The notes under the pieces were generated by a model. The model had not been told where the DNA came from and searched no databases. It saw nothing but the letters and a program-made list of their open reading frames with translations. Source: Callorhinchus milii (Eukaryota). From it: DNA of 64,000 nucleotides. Shown here one piece after another: positions 1 to 12,006 of the stretch. The number at the start of each line of letters is the position of its first letter. Within the stretch, counting starts at the first letter, position 1. The stretch spans positions 8,930,001 to 8,994,000 of the forward strand of contig NW_024704743.1 of the NCBI RefSeq assembly GCF_018977255.1, given 5' to 3'. Made by a program: the position numbers and the translations under genes.

Positions 1-343
1 GGGGGCGAGCTATCCGGGGGGGGGGGGCGAGCTATCCCGGGGGGGGGGGCGAGCTATCCCGGGGGGGGGGGGGCGAGCTATCCCGGGGGGGGGCGAGCTA
101 TCCCGGGGAGGGGGGGCGAGCTATCCCGGGGGGGGGGGGGGGCGAGCTATCCGGGGGGGGGGGGGGGCGAGCTATCCGGGGGGGGGCGAGCTATCCCGGG
201 GGGGGGCGAGCTATCCCGGGGGGGGGGGGGGCGAGCTATCCCGGGGGGGGGGGGGCGAGCTATCCCGGGGGGGGGCGAGCTATCCCGGGGGGGGGGGCGA
301 GCTATCCCGGGGGGGGGAGCTATCCCGGGGGGGGGGGGGGGGG
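1..343. repeat. Tandem minisatellite (G)n-CGAGCTATCC(C)-(G)n, ~20-27 bp unit, runs off the window start
   Basis: Near-invariant core CGAGCTATCC repeated about 15 times, separated by G homopolymers of variable length. Confidence 0.95.
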
Positions 344-475
344 TTGGGGTGTGGAGGGGCACAGCACCGGTTGAGTGAGTTTCATTCATTTCATCATCAA
401 TCGCATCGTCCCCAGAAGCCATGAAGGAAAAGCGGCTCCGGACCGTCCTACTCCCGGGGACAGTGGGCACCAGGA

Positions 476-2082
476 GCCCCACACACAGCCCCCCCCCCCA
501 CACAGCCCCCCCCCCACACACACAGCCCCCCCCCCACACACACAGCCCCCCGCCCACACACAGCCCCCCCCCCACACACAGCCCCCCCCCACACACACAG
601 CCCCCCCCCACACAGCCCCCCCACACACAGCCCCCCCCCCACACACACAGCCCCCCCCCCACACACAGCCCCCCCCCCACACACAGCCCCCCCCCACACA
701 CAGCCCCCCCCCCACACACACACAGCCCCCCCCACACACAGCCCCCCCCCCACACACAGCCCCCCCCACACACACAGCCCCCCCCCACACACAGCCCCCC
801 CCCACACACACAGCCCCCCCCACACACACAGCCCCCCCCCCCACACACACAGCCCCCCCCACACACACACAGCCCCCCCCCACACACACACAGCCCCCCC
901 CCCCACACAGCCCCCCCCCCCACACACACCCCCCCCCCACACACACACAGCCCCCCCACCACACCCCCCCCCACACACACAGCCCCCCCCCACACACACA
1001 CAGCCCCCCCCCCACACACACAGCCCCCCCACACACACAGGCCCCCCCACACACACACAGCCCCCCCCCCACACACACACAGGCCCCCCCCACACACAGC
1101 CCCCCCCCACACACAGCCCCCCCCCCACACACACACAGCCCCCCCCCCACACACACACAGCCCCCCCCCACACACACAGCCCCCCCCCCACCACACACAG
1201 CCCCCCCCCCCACACACACAGCCCCCCCCCCCACACACACACAGCCCCCCCCACACACACACAGCCCCCCCCCACACACACACAGCCCCCCCCCCACACA
1301 CACACAGCCCCCCCCCCACACACACACACAGCCCCCCCCCCACACACACACACAGCCCCCCCACACACACACACAGCCCCCCCACACACACACACAGCCC
1401 CCCCCACACACACACACAGCCCCCCCCCACACACACACACAGCCCCCCCCCACACACACACACAGCCCCCCCCCCACACACACACACAGCCCCCCCCCCA
1501 CACAGCCCCCCACCACACACAGCCCCCCACACACACAGCCCCCCCACACACACACACACAGCCCCCCCCTACACACACACAGCCCCCCCCCCCCCACACA
1601 CACAGCCCCCCCCACAGCCCCCCCACCACACACAGGCCCCCCCACACACACACACAGGCCCCCCCACACAGCCCCCCCCCACACACACAGCCCCCCCCCA
1701 CACACACACAGCCCCCCCACACACACAGCCCCCCCCCACACAGCCCCCCACCACACAGCCCCCCCCACACACACACACAGCCCCCCCCACACACACACAG
1801 CCCCCCCCACACACACACACAGCCCCCCCCACACAGCCCCCCCCCACAGCCCCCCCCCACACACACAGCCCCCCCCCACACACACACACACAGCCCCCCC
1901 CCACACAGCCCCCCCACACACACAGCCCCCCCCACATAGCCCCCCCCACACAGCCCCCCACACACAGCCCCCCCCACACAGCCCCTCCACACACAGCCCC
2001 CCCACACACAGCCCCCCCCACACACAGCCCCCCCCCACACACATACAGCCCCCCCCCCACACACACGCAGACACACAGCCCC
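476..2082. repeat. Compound minisatellite (CA)n-G-(C)n
   Basis: Continuous ACAC(AC)nAGCCCCC(C)n units over ~1.6 kb. This repeat generates the long low-complexity ORFs in the track. Confidence 0.95.
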
Positions 2083-2087
2083 AAACA

Positions 2088-2462
2088 CTCCCTCCCTGCC
2101 TGCCTCCCTCCCTCCCTTGCCTGCCTCCCTCCCTCCCTGCCTTGCCTGCCCTCCCTACCTTGCCTACCTGCCCTCCCTCCCTCCCTCCCTCCCTGCCTGC
2201 CTTGCCTGCCTGCCTCCCTCCCTCCCTCCCCTCCCTTGCCCTCCCTCCCTTGCCTGCCTCCCTCCCCTCCCTCCCTGCCTTGCCTGCCTGCCTGCCTCCC
2301 TCCCCTCCCTCCCTCCCTCCCTCCCTGCCTTGCCTCCCTCCCCCTCCCTCCCTCCCTGCCTTGCCTGCCTGCCTGCCTCCCTCCCTGCCTCCCTGCCTGC
2401 CTGCCTGCCTGCCTCCCTCCCTCCCTGCCTCCCTCCCTGCCTGCCTGCCTCCCTCCCTCCCT

Positions 2463-2495
<33 letters not shown>

Positions 2496-2500
2496 CCTGC
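2088..2500. repeat. Pyrimidine-rich (CCCT/CCTG)n microsatellite
   Basis: Interspersed CCCT, CCTG and CCTTG units. Confidence 0.95.
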
Positions 2501-2718
2501 AACAATGCAATGTGTGTATGACCTTAAAGAACACATTCCACTGTAAATCGATGGTATTTTTGATCCTCTTCTACTTTTTACCCATATTTTCTCTGGATTC
2601 ATTTGCATGTCTTTTTGATCACCCACCCACCCCCACCCCACACAAAAACCCCCATCTTTATGGGAGGGGAAGGGAGGGTTTGCTCAACCGCCTTCTACAG
2701 AACTTGGAACAGTCACAA

Positions 2719-2750
2719 CCAGTTCCAATACGGGCCAACAGGAGGCGCCC
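2719..2750 (+). promoter_or_regulatory. Candidate CTCF binding site with upstream module
   Basis: GGCCAACAGGAGGCGCC (2733-2749) resembles the CTCF core CCASYAGRKGGCRS. It is preceded after a short spacer by CAGTTCC, resembling the ZF9-11 upstream motif. Motif match only. Confidence 0.55.
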
Positions 2751-5076
2751 CACGCCAGGTCTACTGTACAATCGATGCAGTTATACGTGTGTGTGATAGT
2801 CAATACTGTGCTAACACATTGTGAACAATAACATGTTTGAGATGGCTACTGTGTACAGCAGGAGATGAATTTATTTTGGCATTTTATGACAATTCTGCTG
2901 GAAGCCTCAAATTAAATTCCTACCAATTACTTACCATGTAATGGCTGTTAACTAGTAGCTTATAAAGTGTCAATATATTTTACTCTCATGTGAAATATGA
3001 TAAGGTGCCATCAATGGTTTGTTCTGCCTATACTCTTGCAATACAGTAGTAGCGATTTATCATTTACATTTCAATAACAATGTTAATACCTTCTTTAAAT
3101 AGACATGGTTTAGCTGGATTTTTCTCGTTATGTTTTGTCAGGTTGGCTCAGTTAATTTGCGCTTGGAAATGTCTATTCAATGACACAGTGAATATTTTTT
3201 TGTAAGGCTTTCCCCCAAGATGTACCTTGTGAAACATAACAATATCTGTCCTGTTTATCTGAGGTGATACAACAAAGATTACATTCAGTATTCAGAATTT
3301 TTTTGTTGCACGATAGGCACGATCACAGCCACAAAAAAGACATGTTAATTTTTTGGGGGGTCAGCCAGATGTCTGACACATGTGGAAACCCATCACTATA
3401 GTTAAGCGTATTCGAAACAGACAGAGGTCCACATATGCATGCCACTTATTCATGGAAATTTTCCTGTGCCTGGAATGGAATGTGCACTCTCTCCCTGGAG
3501 GGACACACCCTACTCTGCTTTATTCCTGGAAAGTATTAGACACAGGTTGGCATGAGCCAAGCCTTGAGGACCCCAGAGTGTTTGTTGTGGGTATTTCTGT
3601 TGTTTAACTAGTTAGTTGCCATTGCAAGTTCTGTCATAGAATCATACAGCACAGAAGGAGGCCATTTGGCCTATCGTGTCTTTGCAAAGAGCTATCCAAA
3701 TCAATCCATTTCCCCTACTCTCTCCCCATAGCCCTGCAAACATGCCCTCCCCAAATAATTATCTACTTCTCTCTTAAAAGTTGTTATTGAATCGGCTTCC
3801 ACCAATGCATTCCAGATCCGAACAACGCACTGTGTGAAAAGATTTCTTCTCACCACCCGTTTGTTTCTTTTAACAACTTTTTAAATCGGTGTCCTCCTCA
3901 CTTTTCCTAGCTTTGTATCATCTGTAAATTTGGAAATTGTACCACCCCCTATATCAAATCCAGGTCATTTGTTATAGATCAGAAACAGCAGTGGTCCCAA
4001 TACCGACTCCTGGGGGACACCACTGCACATTTCCTTCCAGTCAGAAAAACAACCGTTCACCACCCTCTGCTTTCTGTCTCCCAGCCAGTTCTGTATTCAT
4101 GCTGCCACTGTCCCTTTAATACTGTGGGCTTCTATTTTGCTTACAAGTCTCTTATGTGGCACTTTATCAAATGCCTTTTGAAAATCCATATAAACTACAT
4201 TAACTGCACAACCTTTATCCACCCTCTCCATTACTTCATCAAAAAACTCTATCAAGTTTGTTGAACACGATTTGCCTTTAAGAAACCCATGTTGACTGTC
4301 CTTTATTAACCCATATTTTTCTAAGTGAAAATTTATTTTGTCCCGGACTATAGTCTCGAGAAGTTTCCCCACTACTGACATTAGGCTGACTGGCCTGTAG
4401 TTCCCAGGTTTATCCTTCTGTCCCTTTTCCTACAGGGGAGTAACATTTGCAACCCTCCAGTCATCTGGCATCACTCCAGTGTCCAAGGAGGATTGAAAGA
4501 TTGTGGCCAGAGCCTCCGTTATTTCCACCCTTATTTCTCTCAGTAACCTAGGATGCATCCTGTCCAGCCCGGGTGACTTACTTACCTTGAGCACTGTCAA
4601 CCTTTTTAATATCTCCTCTCGGTTTATTCTTATCCAATTTCTCTACCCTCTCCTCCGATAACGTGGCATTGGCTGCATCATCTACTTTTGCCAAGACAGA
4701 TGCTAAATATTCTTCCATGCCCTCTGCCTTCACAAGAAGAATTCCTCTTTGGTCCCTAATTGGACCCACCTTACCTTTAAATAACCTTTTATTCTTTTTA
4801 TACTTATAAAATACATTAGGGTTCCCTTTTTATGTTACCCACTAAACTTTTCTCATACAATCTCTTTGCCCCTCTTATTTCCTTTTTCAGTTCTCCTCGG
4901 TGCTTTCTATATTCTATTTGATTATCTTCTGTATTTTGGACATGACATTTATCATAAGCCTCCTTTTTCCGTTGTATTTTAATCACAATTTCCTTAGTCA
5001 TCCAGAGAGGTTTGGATGCCCTACCTTTCCCCTTTGTGGGAATGTATTTTTTCTGTCCCGGAACTATCTCCTCCTT

Positions 5077-5286
5077 AATGATAATAATAATAATCCTTGC
5101 ATTTGATATAGCGCTTTTCACGTCGGGAGGACGTCCCAAAGCGCTTCACAGAACACACTGTAAAGTGAATTGACTGTATATTTGCGGGCGAACGCGGCAG
5201 CCAATTGCGCACAGCAATGTCCCACAATCACTCGTAGATTGAAAATGACCAATTTATTATTGTTTTGGGTTTTTGGAGGGATTATG
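5077..5286 (-). mobile_element. 5'-truncated tRNA-derived DeuSINE (family A) inserted in CR1
   Basis: Deu-like GTGGGACATTGCTGTGCGCAATTGGCTGCCGCG and (ATT)n tail on the minus strand. Confidence 0.85.
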
Positions 5287-6212
5287 GAGGAACCTTTAAG
5301 GTTTCCCATTTCTCGTTAGCTGTTTTACCTGCCAATCTTTCTTTACAGTCCACTTTGGTTAGGTCCCTTTCTAACTCACTGAAATTAGCCTTCTTCCAGT
5401 TGAGTATCTTCACCTTTGATTGTTTCTTGTCCCTTTCAATAAGTACTGTAAATCTAACGATGTTGCGATCACTGTTGCCCAGATACTCTCCTACTGAAAC
5501 CTGCTCCACTTGCCCCACTTCGTTCCACAGAACTACATCCAGGACTGCTTGGGTTGGAAAGTTATCCTACACACATTTCAAGAATCCTTCCCTCTCCTTG
5601 CCCTTTATACTGTTATTTTGTCACTTTATGATAGGATAATTGAAGTCCCCATTATCACTACTCTATTGGTTTTGCATCTTTCTGAAATCTGTTTGCAGAT
5701 TTGCTCATCTATCTCCATTTGGTGGTTTATAGTATACACCTAACAGAGTAACAGCTCCTTTTCTGCTCCTTAATTCTAACCAAATAGGTTCTGTTTTTGG
5801 ACCTTCTAGCACATCGGCCCTTTCCAGGGCCATATCCGTGTCTTTAATCAACATTGCCACAACCCCTCCTTTTTTCTTTCCCTATCCCTCCTGAATACAT
5901 TGTAGCCAGGAATATTCAGCTCCCATTCCTGCCCTTGTTTGAGCCAAGTCTCCGTTATTGCCACTGCATCATAACCCCGTGTGGCAACTTGAGCCGCAGC
6001 TCACCAATCTTATTTGTCACACTCCGTGCATTTACGCACATGCACTCCAAGACCGACTGCGCTGCATTTCTCTCCTGTCTAATCCCTCTTTTCTCTGGAC
6101 TACTTCTTATTACATTACTATTCGTCTCTCCCAGCCCTCTATGTAACTTGTTTCTCTTCCCTGATCCTACATCCTGATTCCCTTCCCCCCTCAAAATTTG
6201 TTTAAACCTTTA

Positions 6213-6532
6213 TAATAATATAATAATAATAATCCTTGCATTGGATACAGTGCTTTTCACATCTGCTAGATGTCTCAAAGCGCTTCACAGAATATGCTGT
6301 AAAGTGAATCGACTGTATATTTGTGGCGAAGCATGGCACAGCAGTGTCCCACAAACAGTCGTGGATTGAAGTGACCAATTTTATTATTGTATTTTTTCTT
6401 GAGGGATTATTACCGGGCGTGTGGAGTAAGGAAACTTGCTCAAGGTTTCAATCTACTGAGAATTAAACCCAGGTTTCTTGCTTGCGAGGCGAATGCCCTA
6501 TATTCATGGGTTTGATCCTGCTACAGGACTCC
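6213..6532 (-). mobile_element. Family A SINE, short variant, inserted at the CR1 ORF1/ORF2 junction
   Basis: GGAGTCCTGTAGC head, B-box-like GGTTTAATTC, Deu domain and (ATT)n tail. Confidence 0.85.
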
Positions 6533-7019
6533 TGCTGTGGGGAAAATTTAACGCTTTCCCACAGCACCAGTTAACCTCCCTGGAAGGACATTGGTCCCAG
6601 CCATGTTCAGGTGTAACCTCGTACAGGTCCACCTGCCCCTGAACTGGTCCCAATGTTTCAGTAACCTGAAGCCCTCCCTTCTACAGACATGCATTCATGT
6701 GTTTGATCCTGCTGTTTTGATACTTACTTACATGAGGCACTGGGAGTAATCCAGAGATCACTACCTTTGAGCTCCTATTCTTTAGCTGTTACCCTGGCTT
6801 CTGATATTCTCCTTGTAGGATCTCAGCCCTTTTTTTCCCTAAATCATGGATCCCAACGTGGAGCACGACTTCTGTGGAATGTTTTACACCTGTTCCGTTA
6901 TGTCTTCAACCCTGGCACAGAGAGGCAAGCTGTCTGGCAAGCTTCTCGTTGTTTGCCAATTGTGTGGTCCACCCCTCCAATTCCTGCTGTTGAGCCAGAC
7001 TGACAGGTCCGTTATCAGC

Positions 7020-7245
7020 AGTAGCTTGGATTACTGGAACTCTCTGGACTTCCAGCTTGGAGACCCTCAGATTCTCCTCCTCCCACGTCTCCTTCAAGAT
7101 CTACCCGTCTCTTTGACTGCGTCTTTGGTCATCCGTCCCTTCCCCACCTCCTCGACTCCCACCCCCAGCTTGGGTGGAAGCCAATTCTGTCAAGCACCTT
7201 GGGACATCCTTCTGACGTGAAAGGTGCCATATAAAAGTAAATTTA
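7020..7245 (+). mobile_element. L2 LINE 3' fragment
   Basis: Tail TTGGGACATCCTTCTGACGTGAAAGGTGCCATATAAA matches the other L2 copies in the window. Confidence 0.7.
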
Positions 7246-7911
7246 GATTGTATCGTATTGCAGACCCACTTGTCGCCAACCTACTGAGATCACCACAGAG
7301 AACTAACTCAATTGTGAAATTCCACTTCCAGGCACATCACCTTAAAACCAGCTCAGTGCTGAATAGGCTCCACTTTTCTTCACTTAGGACAAAGGTGTAA
7401 CTGAGGCCTGATGGATTTGACATAGAAATACTTGCAAAACGTGTATAATACCAACAGGCAAATTACAGATTTTCCATAGCCAATTGGTTACTGTAAGGAT
7501 TGTACTGAAAGTTAAAATTCTTATAGGTCATCTCTGAACTGTGAAGAAGAGTTGCTTAAATTATTCCACTAGTTCTGGTGCAGGAATTGATGGTTAAAGA
7601 AAGTACTTACATTTTTATAGTCTTGATTATACACCTTGTCATGATTATACACCTCAAAGTACTTTACAGTAATGTAATGACTGTAAGGGCAAATACAAAC
7701 AGTATTTATGTGAGACATTAGAAAAAAATCCCCTCACATTTCAAATAGTTTCAAGAGATCTTTAATGTGCACCAGTTAGGCAGGACCTCAGCTTTAAAAT
7801 TTAATTCAAAACATATCACATCTGAGTATATTGTTCTCCCTGATTTGGGACGGGGGTAAACCCACATCCTCCTATACCAGATATGTGTTGAACTAGGTAA
7901 CTCTGCATTTA

Positions 7912-8360
7912 AAATAATAATAATAATCCTTGCATTTGATACAGTACATTATCATGTTGACAAAATGTCTGATAGAATTTCACAGAATTTACTGTAAGTA
8001 TAGTGACTGTATTTTGCAGGGGAATACAATGGCCAATTGTGCACAGCAATGTCCCATAAACAGCCACAAAGTGAATGACTAATTTTATCTGCATAATACT
8101 TGTTGGCTGGGACACTATGAGAAACATCAGGTTTCTTTATGCAATCTATGCGATCTTTAACATTCACCTTCATAAACAGATGAGACCTTGATTTAACATT
8201 TCACCCAAAGGATAATGATAACTTCCAATAATGCAGTGCTCCCCCAACACTGTACTGGATTATGAGTCTGGATTATGAGCTCAAAAATCCCAACGTGGAG
8301 CTTGAACTCACAACCTTCTGACTCAGAGGCAAGCGTGTTACTGCCTGATCCAGGCTGACT
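7912..8360 (-). mobile_element. Older DeuSINE (family B, SacSINE1/AmnSINE-like), near full length
   Basis: tRNA-like head (..GCCTCTGAGTCAGAAGGTTGTGAGTTCAAG), body, Deu domain and (ATT)n tail. Confidence 0.75.
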
Positions 8361-8759
8361 CTATTTGTAACCCCAATTACACTCCAGGCAAAGATTCAAT
8401 GTGTCACTGAGAAATCTATAGCAGGAAATTTAAATTGCACTACAAGTCCCCAATCACACTGTAACAGGGAGTGTGTCCGAGATAAAAAGAGCTTTATACG
8501 TGCATAACTCAGTGCATGATGAGAACTCCACTACCTCGTGCCAAATGATGATTAATTTTCAAAGTACATGTCTTGCGTTCGGCTTTCCAATAATATTTTT
8601 AAAAAATGAACAACAATGCTAATAGACCAGCCAAGAACATTTTGGTGTCATTCATTTTAGTTTCAATGTTTGCTTTGAATTGTCTGCCACCATTTGCATT
8701 GATTTAATTCCAAAACCACTAATGGGATATTAACAGGAGCTATACTACAATTTTTGCAT

Positions 8760-9108
8760 CATAATAATAATAATCCTTGCATTTGATATAGAGCCATATC
8801 ATGTCTCAAAGAGTTTACAGAATATACTCTAAAGTAAATTGACTGTGTATTTTGTGGGAGAAATGCGACAGCCAATAGTGTCCCATAAACAGTTGTGGAT
8901 TAAGTGAGGAAATTTTTTTTTGGAAGGGATTATTATCACTCGAAAGCGATCCATCAATAGACTAACATTTGGGTTCCTATTTAATGCTTAGGTAAACAGA
9001 GGTTTGTGGAATAAGGAAACTTGCCTAATGTTTTGTCCTGCACGGGAATCAAATCCAGGTCCTCTTGCTTGAGAGGCGAGTGCTTTAACCAATATGTTAC
9101 AGGACTCC
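8760..9108 (-). mobile_element. Family A SINE, long variant
   Basis: Head GGAGTCCTGTAAC..GGTTAAAGCACTCGCCTCTCAAGC, internal CTCTGTTTACCTAAGCA segment and tail. Confidence 0.85.
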
Positions 9109-10959
9109 TTGGTTGATGCACTCCATTTGTAGTAACTTTGGCTGTTTTACTTCAAGCATCGATGCTTGTCAAGCAATAATCTGGAAAACAACTGAAGGTT
9201 CTTTTGGATGTTATTGGGTTAATATAGAATGGAAATCTTAGGTCATCATGAATAATTATCTTAGTTATTTTATCTGGGGCATTTATTTTATCTGGTGGAT
9301 CATTCACTTCAGGAGCATTTTTCAGATATTTGATGTACACAAAATTGGCTGCCATATCCATCTGCAAATGCAGTTACTACACTTTACAGAAAACTTTGTA
9401 AAGCTTTTAGAGACATATTGATTAAATGAAGTGCTAAGTCAAGTGCAAGCACTGAATCCTAATATTATTACTGTTGTTCTAATAATAATAATCCTTGCAT
9501 TTGATATAGCATTTTTCACATCTTCTAGACGTCTCAAAGAGCTTCACAGAATATGCTGTAAAGTGAATTGACTGTATATTTGTGGGCGAAATAATAATAT
9601 TAAACAAATATTCTGTTACTGGATGGATCTAGACTTTTTGGGATCATTTATATTGCTGGCATTGACGTGTAGGCTTTTTGTAGGCTCCATCATTCTGCAG
9701 AAGTCTTACATTCTCCACAAGCCTTTTAGGCTGTTTTCACCATTTCTTTGCTGTAGTCACTTCAGATGTGACTGCGAAGCCAAAAGGCTGATTGTTTGCA
9801 ATGATAAAAAACAGCTTCAAACTCTTACCGGAGAGAGTTGGTGGCAATTTTGTGGTTGTACACTTTTCTTAACAGAGATATTGTAGTCTGTATTACATGG
9901 TATTGTTTATAATGGAATCTCTCACTGTAAAGACGCTACGAAAAGTTTGGCATTTTTAGTATGATGAACTCTTTAACTAGGTCTTTCCAATACATTCCAT
10001 TTGACTACTTCTCTACCTGTAATGATATATTGCGATGGAATGATAATAATAATCCTTGCATTTGATATAGCACCTTATCATTTGATGACCATTATTACCT
10101 AGAAACCACTCTCATTTATACACAGGTACTGTTCCCCACTTGTCTATAGACATTTCTGTAGAGGGTGGTGCCATCGATGGGATAACATCATCACTTTTGC
10201 TGACATTATTGATACAGATAAGAAACAGAACAAGCATGTTTGCCTAAGGGACTCTTTCAAAGGTGTTACAAAAAAGAAGCATCTATTTAAACTACTGTTG
10301 TTCGTTCTGAGCAAGTCAAGTAGCTCCTATTTAACTTAACAGTTTATTAGCTATTGCACTCATTGTGAAATGTCTAAGCCTCTTTTATGTTATTTGTAAT
10401 TGTGCATGATCTCAGCTCAATTCAGAGTAGCAGAAAAGCTAATGATATATATTGCATCAATCACAATTCAGCAACATAATCAGACTGATTCTTTAGACAA
10501 TTTATTTAAGTGCTAGACCAATCTTCACTGTCCCTCTGTATAAGAAGCAGAGATGTATCATTTTGCAACATCATACACATATTAAATAAAATCCCAAGAG
10601 ACTGAAAAGGATTTGAAGAAGAAAATGAATAGGAGATAGTAAACACATTGAACAACTATTTCCTGTTTTTTTTAACCAAAGGATACAAAAATCTTACCAT
10701 CTAAATTAAATCAATTTGGCTGCTGGTTTCTCCCACAAAATACACAGTCACTACACTTTACAGTATATTCTGTGAGGCGCTTTGAGACTTCTCAACTATG
10801 TACTAAGGTGCTATATCAACTGCAAGAGTTATTATTATTATTATATTATTAACATCTAATATGCAGCAAATATTGTTTGAGCTTTAGGACTTTGTCATAA
10901 GTGAGTCTGATATTCTAAATGGGGGTCAAGGGGCTGAAAACCAACAAATGAACAAATGA

Positions 10960-11735
10960 ATGTGACAAATGAACTGTACCTCATGGTAATTGGAGAGATG
11001 AGGCAAGAGATTTGTGTATCATAGACAGATATTATGAGGGAGTCAATCAGCACTGGTAGGATTTCAACAGACTGGTTCCCATAGTCAAGCAAGGTGAAAG
11101 GGCCATACCTGGCCACTGCAGACTTATTAGCCCTGACCTCAATAATTGGAAAACGTATTAAATGAATCATCATAAGTAAAATAGAAGGTTATCAGTATGA
11201 AAATAACCCATTAAATGGCAGCTAACATGCATAGATTCAGAAGGGGTTGATCTTGTCTGAATAACTTCATACAATTTTTTAATAATATTATTAAAATAAT
11301 AATAATATAATTTTAGGATGGTAAGATCCCAACTTGACTGTGGGAAGTCATATGATATAGTATCGACTTCAAGAAGATCTACAAGAATGACTCATTTACA
11401 AATTGTTGTCACTAGAATTAAGGATATGGATTAGCAATTGACAGAAAGAAACAGAGGGCAATTATTTGGGGAAAGTATTCAGGCAGGCTGCCTCAGAATG
11501 CATAGCTACCCAGCCCCCACCCCGTTCCTTATATATAATAACGATCTGGGTTTTGCAATCCCAAAGTAACGTAAATAGATTTGAAGATGACACTAAGTTG
11601 AGGGAACAATGAAATTAGAAGAATCAGCCAAGATCTTACAAAGAGAGCTTGATACAATACGCATATCGGCTGATGACTGGTAAATTAAATTCAATACATT
11701 CAAATGCAAAATAGTGAAAATAGGAAGTAAAAATA
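10960..11735 (+). mobile_element. Old CR1 RT fragment
   Basis: Degraded CR1 RT motifs, e.g. TTTGAAGATGACACTAAGTTG (FADDTKL-like) and the AAATTCAATAC..AAATGCAAA (KFN..KCK) segment. Confidence 0.6.
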
Positions 11736-12006
11736 AAAGGCAGATCCTTGCATTCATCTGTATTGAACTTCATTTAGTAGTCATCAGTCAAATAAGTTGA
11801 GTTCACAATGTTGCAGTTAATATCTGTGCAGAATAATTTGATTATAAACAACAGTACCAACCCTCTCCAAGTAAATGTATACAGATACAAATAATCAAAT
11901 GGGTCTGATCAGACCATAGAACCAAGAAACTTACTACACAGCACAGAAGAAGGTCATTTGGTCCATTGTGGCCGTACTGGTTCTTTGAAACATCATAGTT
12001 GAACAG

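Larger units (their letters stand above)
3635..6995 (-). mobile_element. CR1 LINE, degenerate, retaining ORF1 esterase region, ORF2 EN and part of RT, and the 3' tail; interrupted by two SINEs
   Basis: Minus-strand translations: ORF1 SGNH-like EVVLHVG.HD..SSKVVISGLLPVP (~6700-6930); EN CMCVNARSVTNKIGEL (~6000) and GEYLGNSDRNIVRF; RT SQHGFLKGKSCSTNLIEFF..VYMDFQKAFDKVPH (4097-4381); 3' tail ..GCTGTATGATTCTATG at 3635. The C-terminal part of ORF2 is deleted. Confidence 0.9.

Noticed and set aside
2701..2760. RRRPTP peptide resembling the PP1 inhibitor-1/DARPP-32 phosphosite
   Set aside because: Flanking residues do not match and there is no good splice donor; the DNA is better explained as a CTCF-like motif.
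147..2796. Very long ORFs (470-791 aa) on both strands
   Set aside because: They arise from stop-free tandem repeats that are open in nearly all frames, with no codon-phase constraint.
9620..10020. Possible decayed coding sequence (YWKDLVKEF..KCQT, integrase zinc-finger-like)
   Set aside because: Multiple stops in all minus frames and no further integrase motifs.
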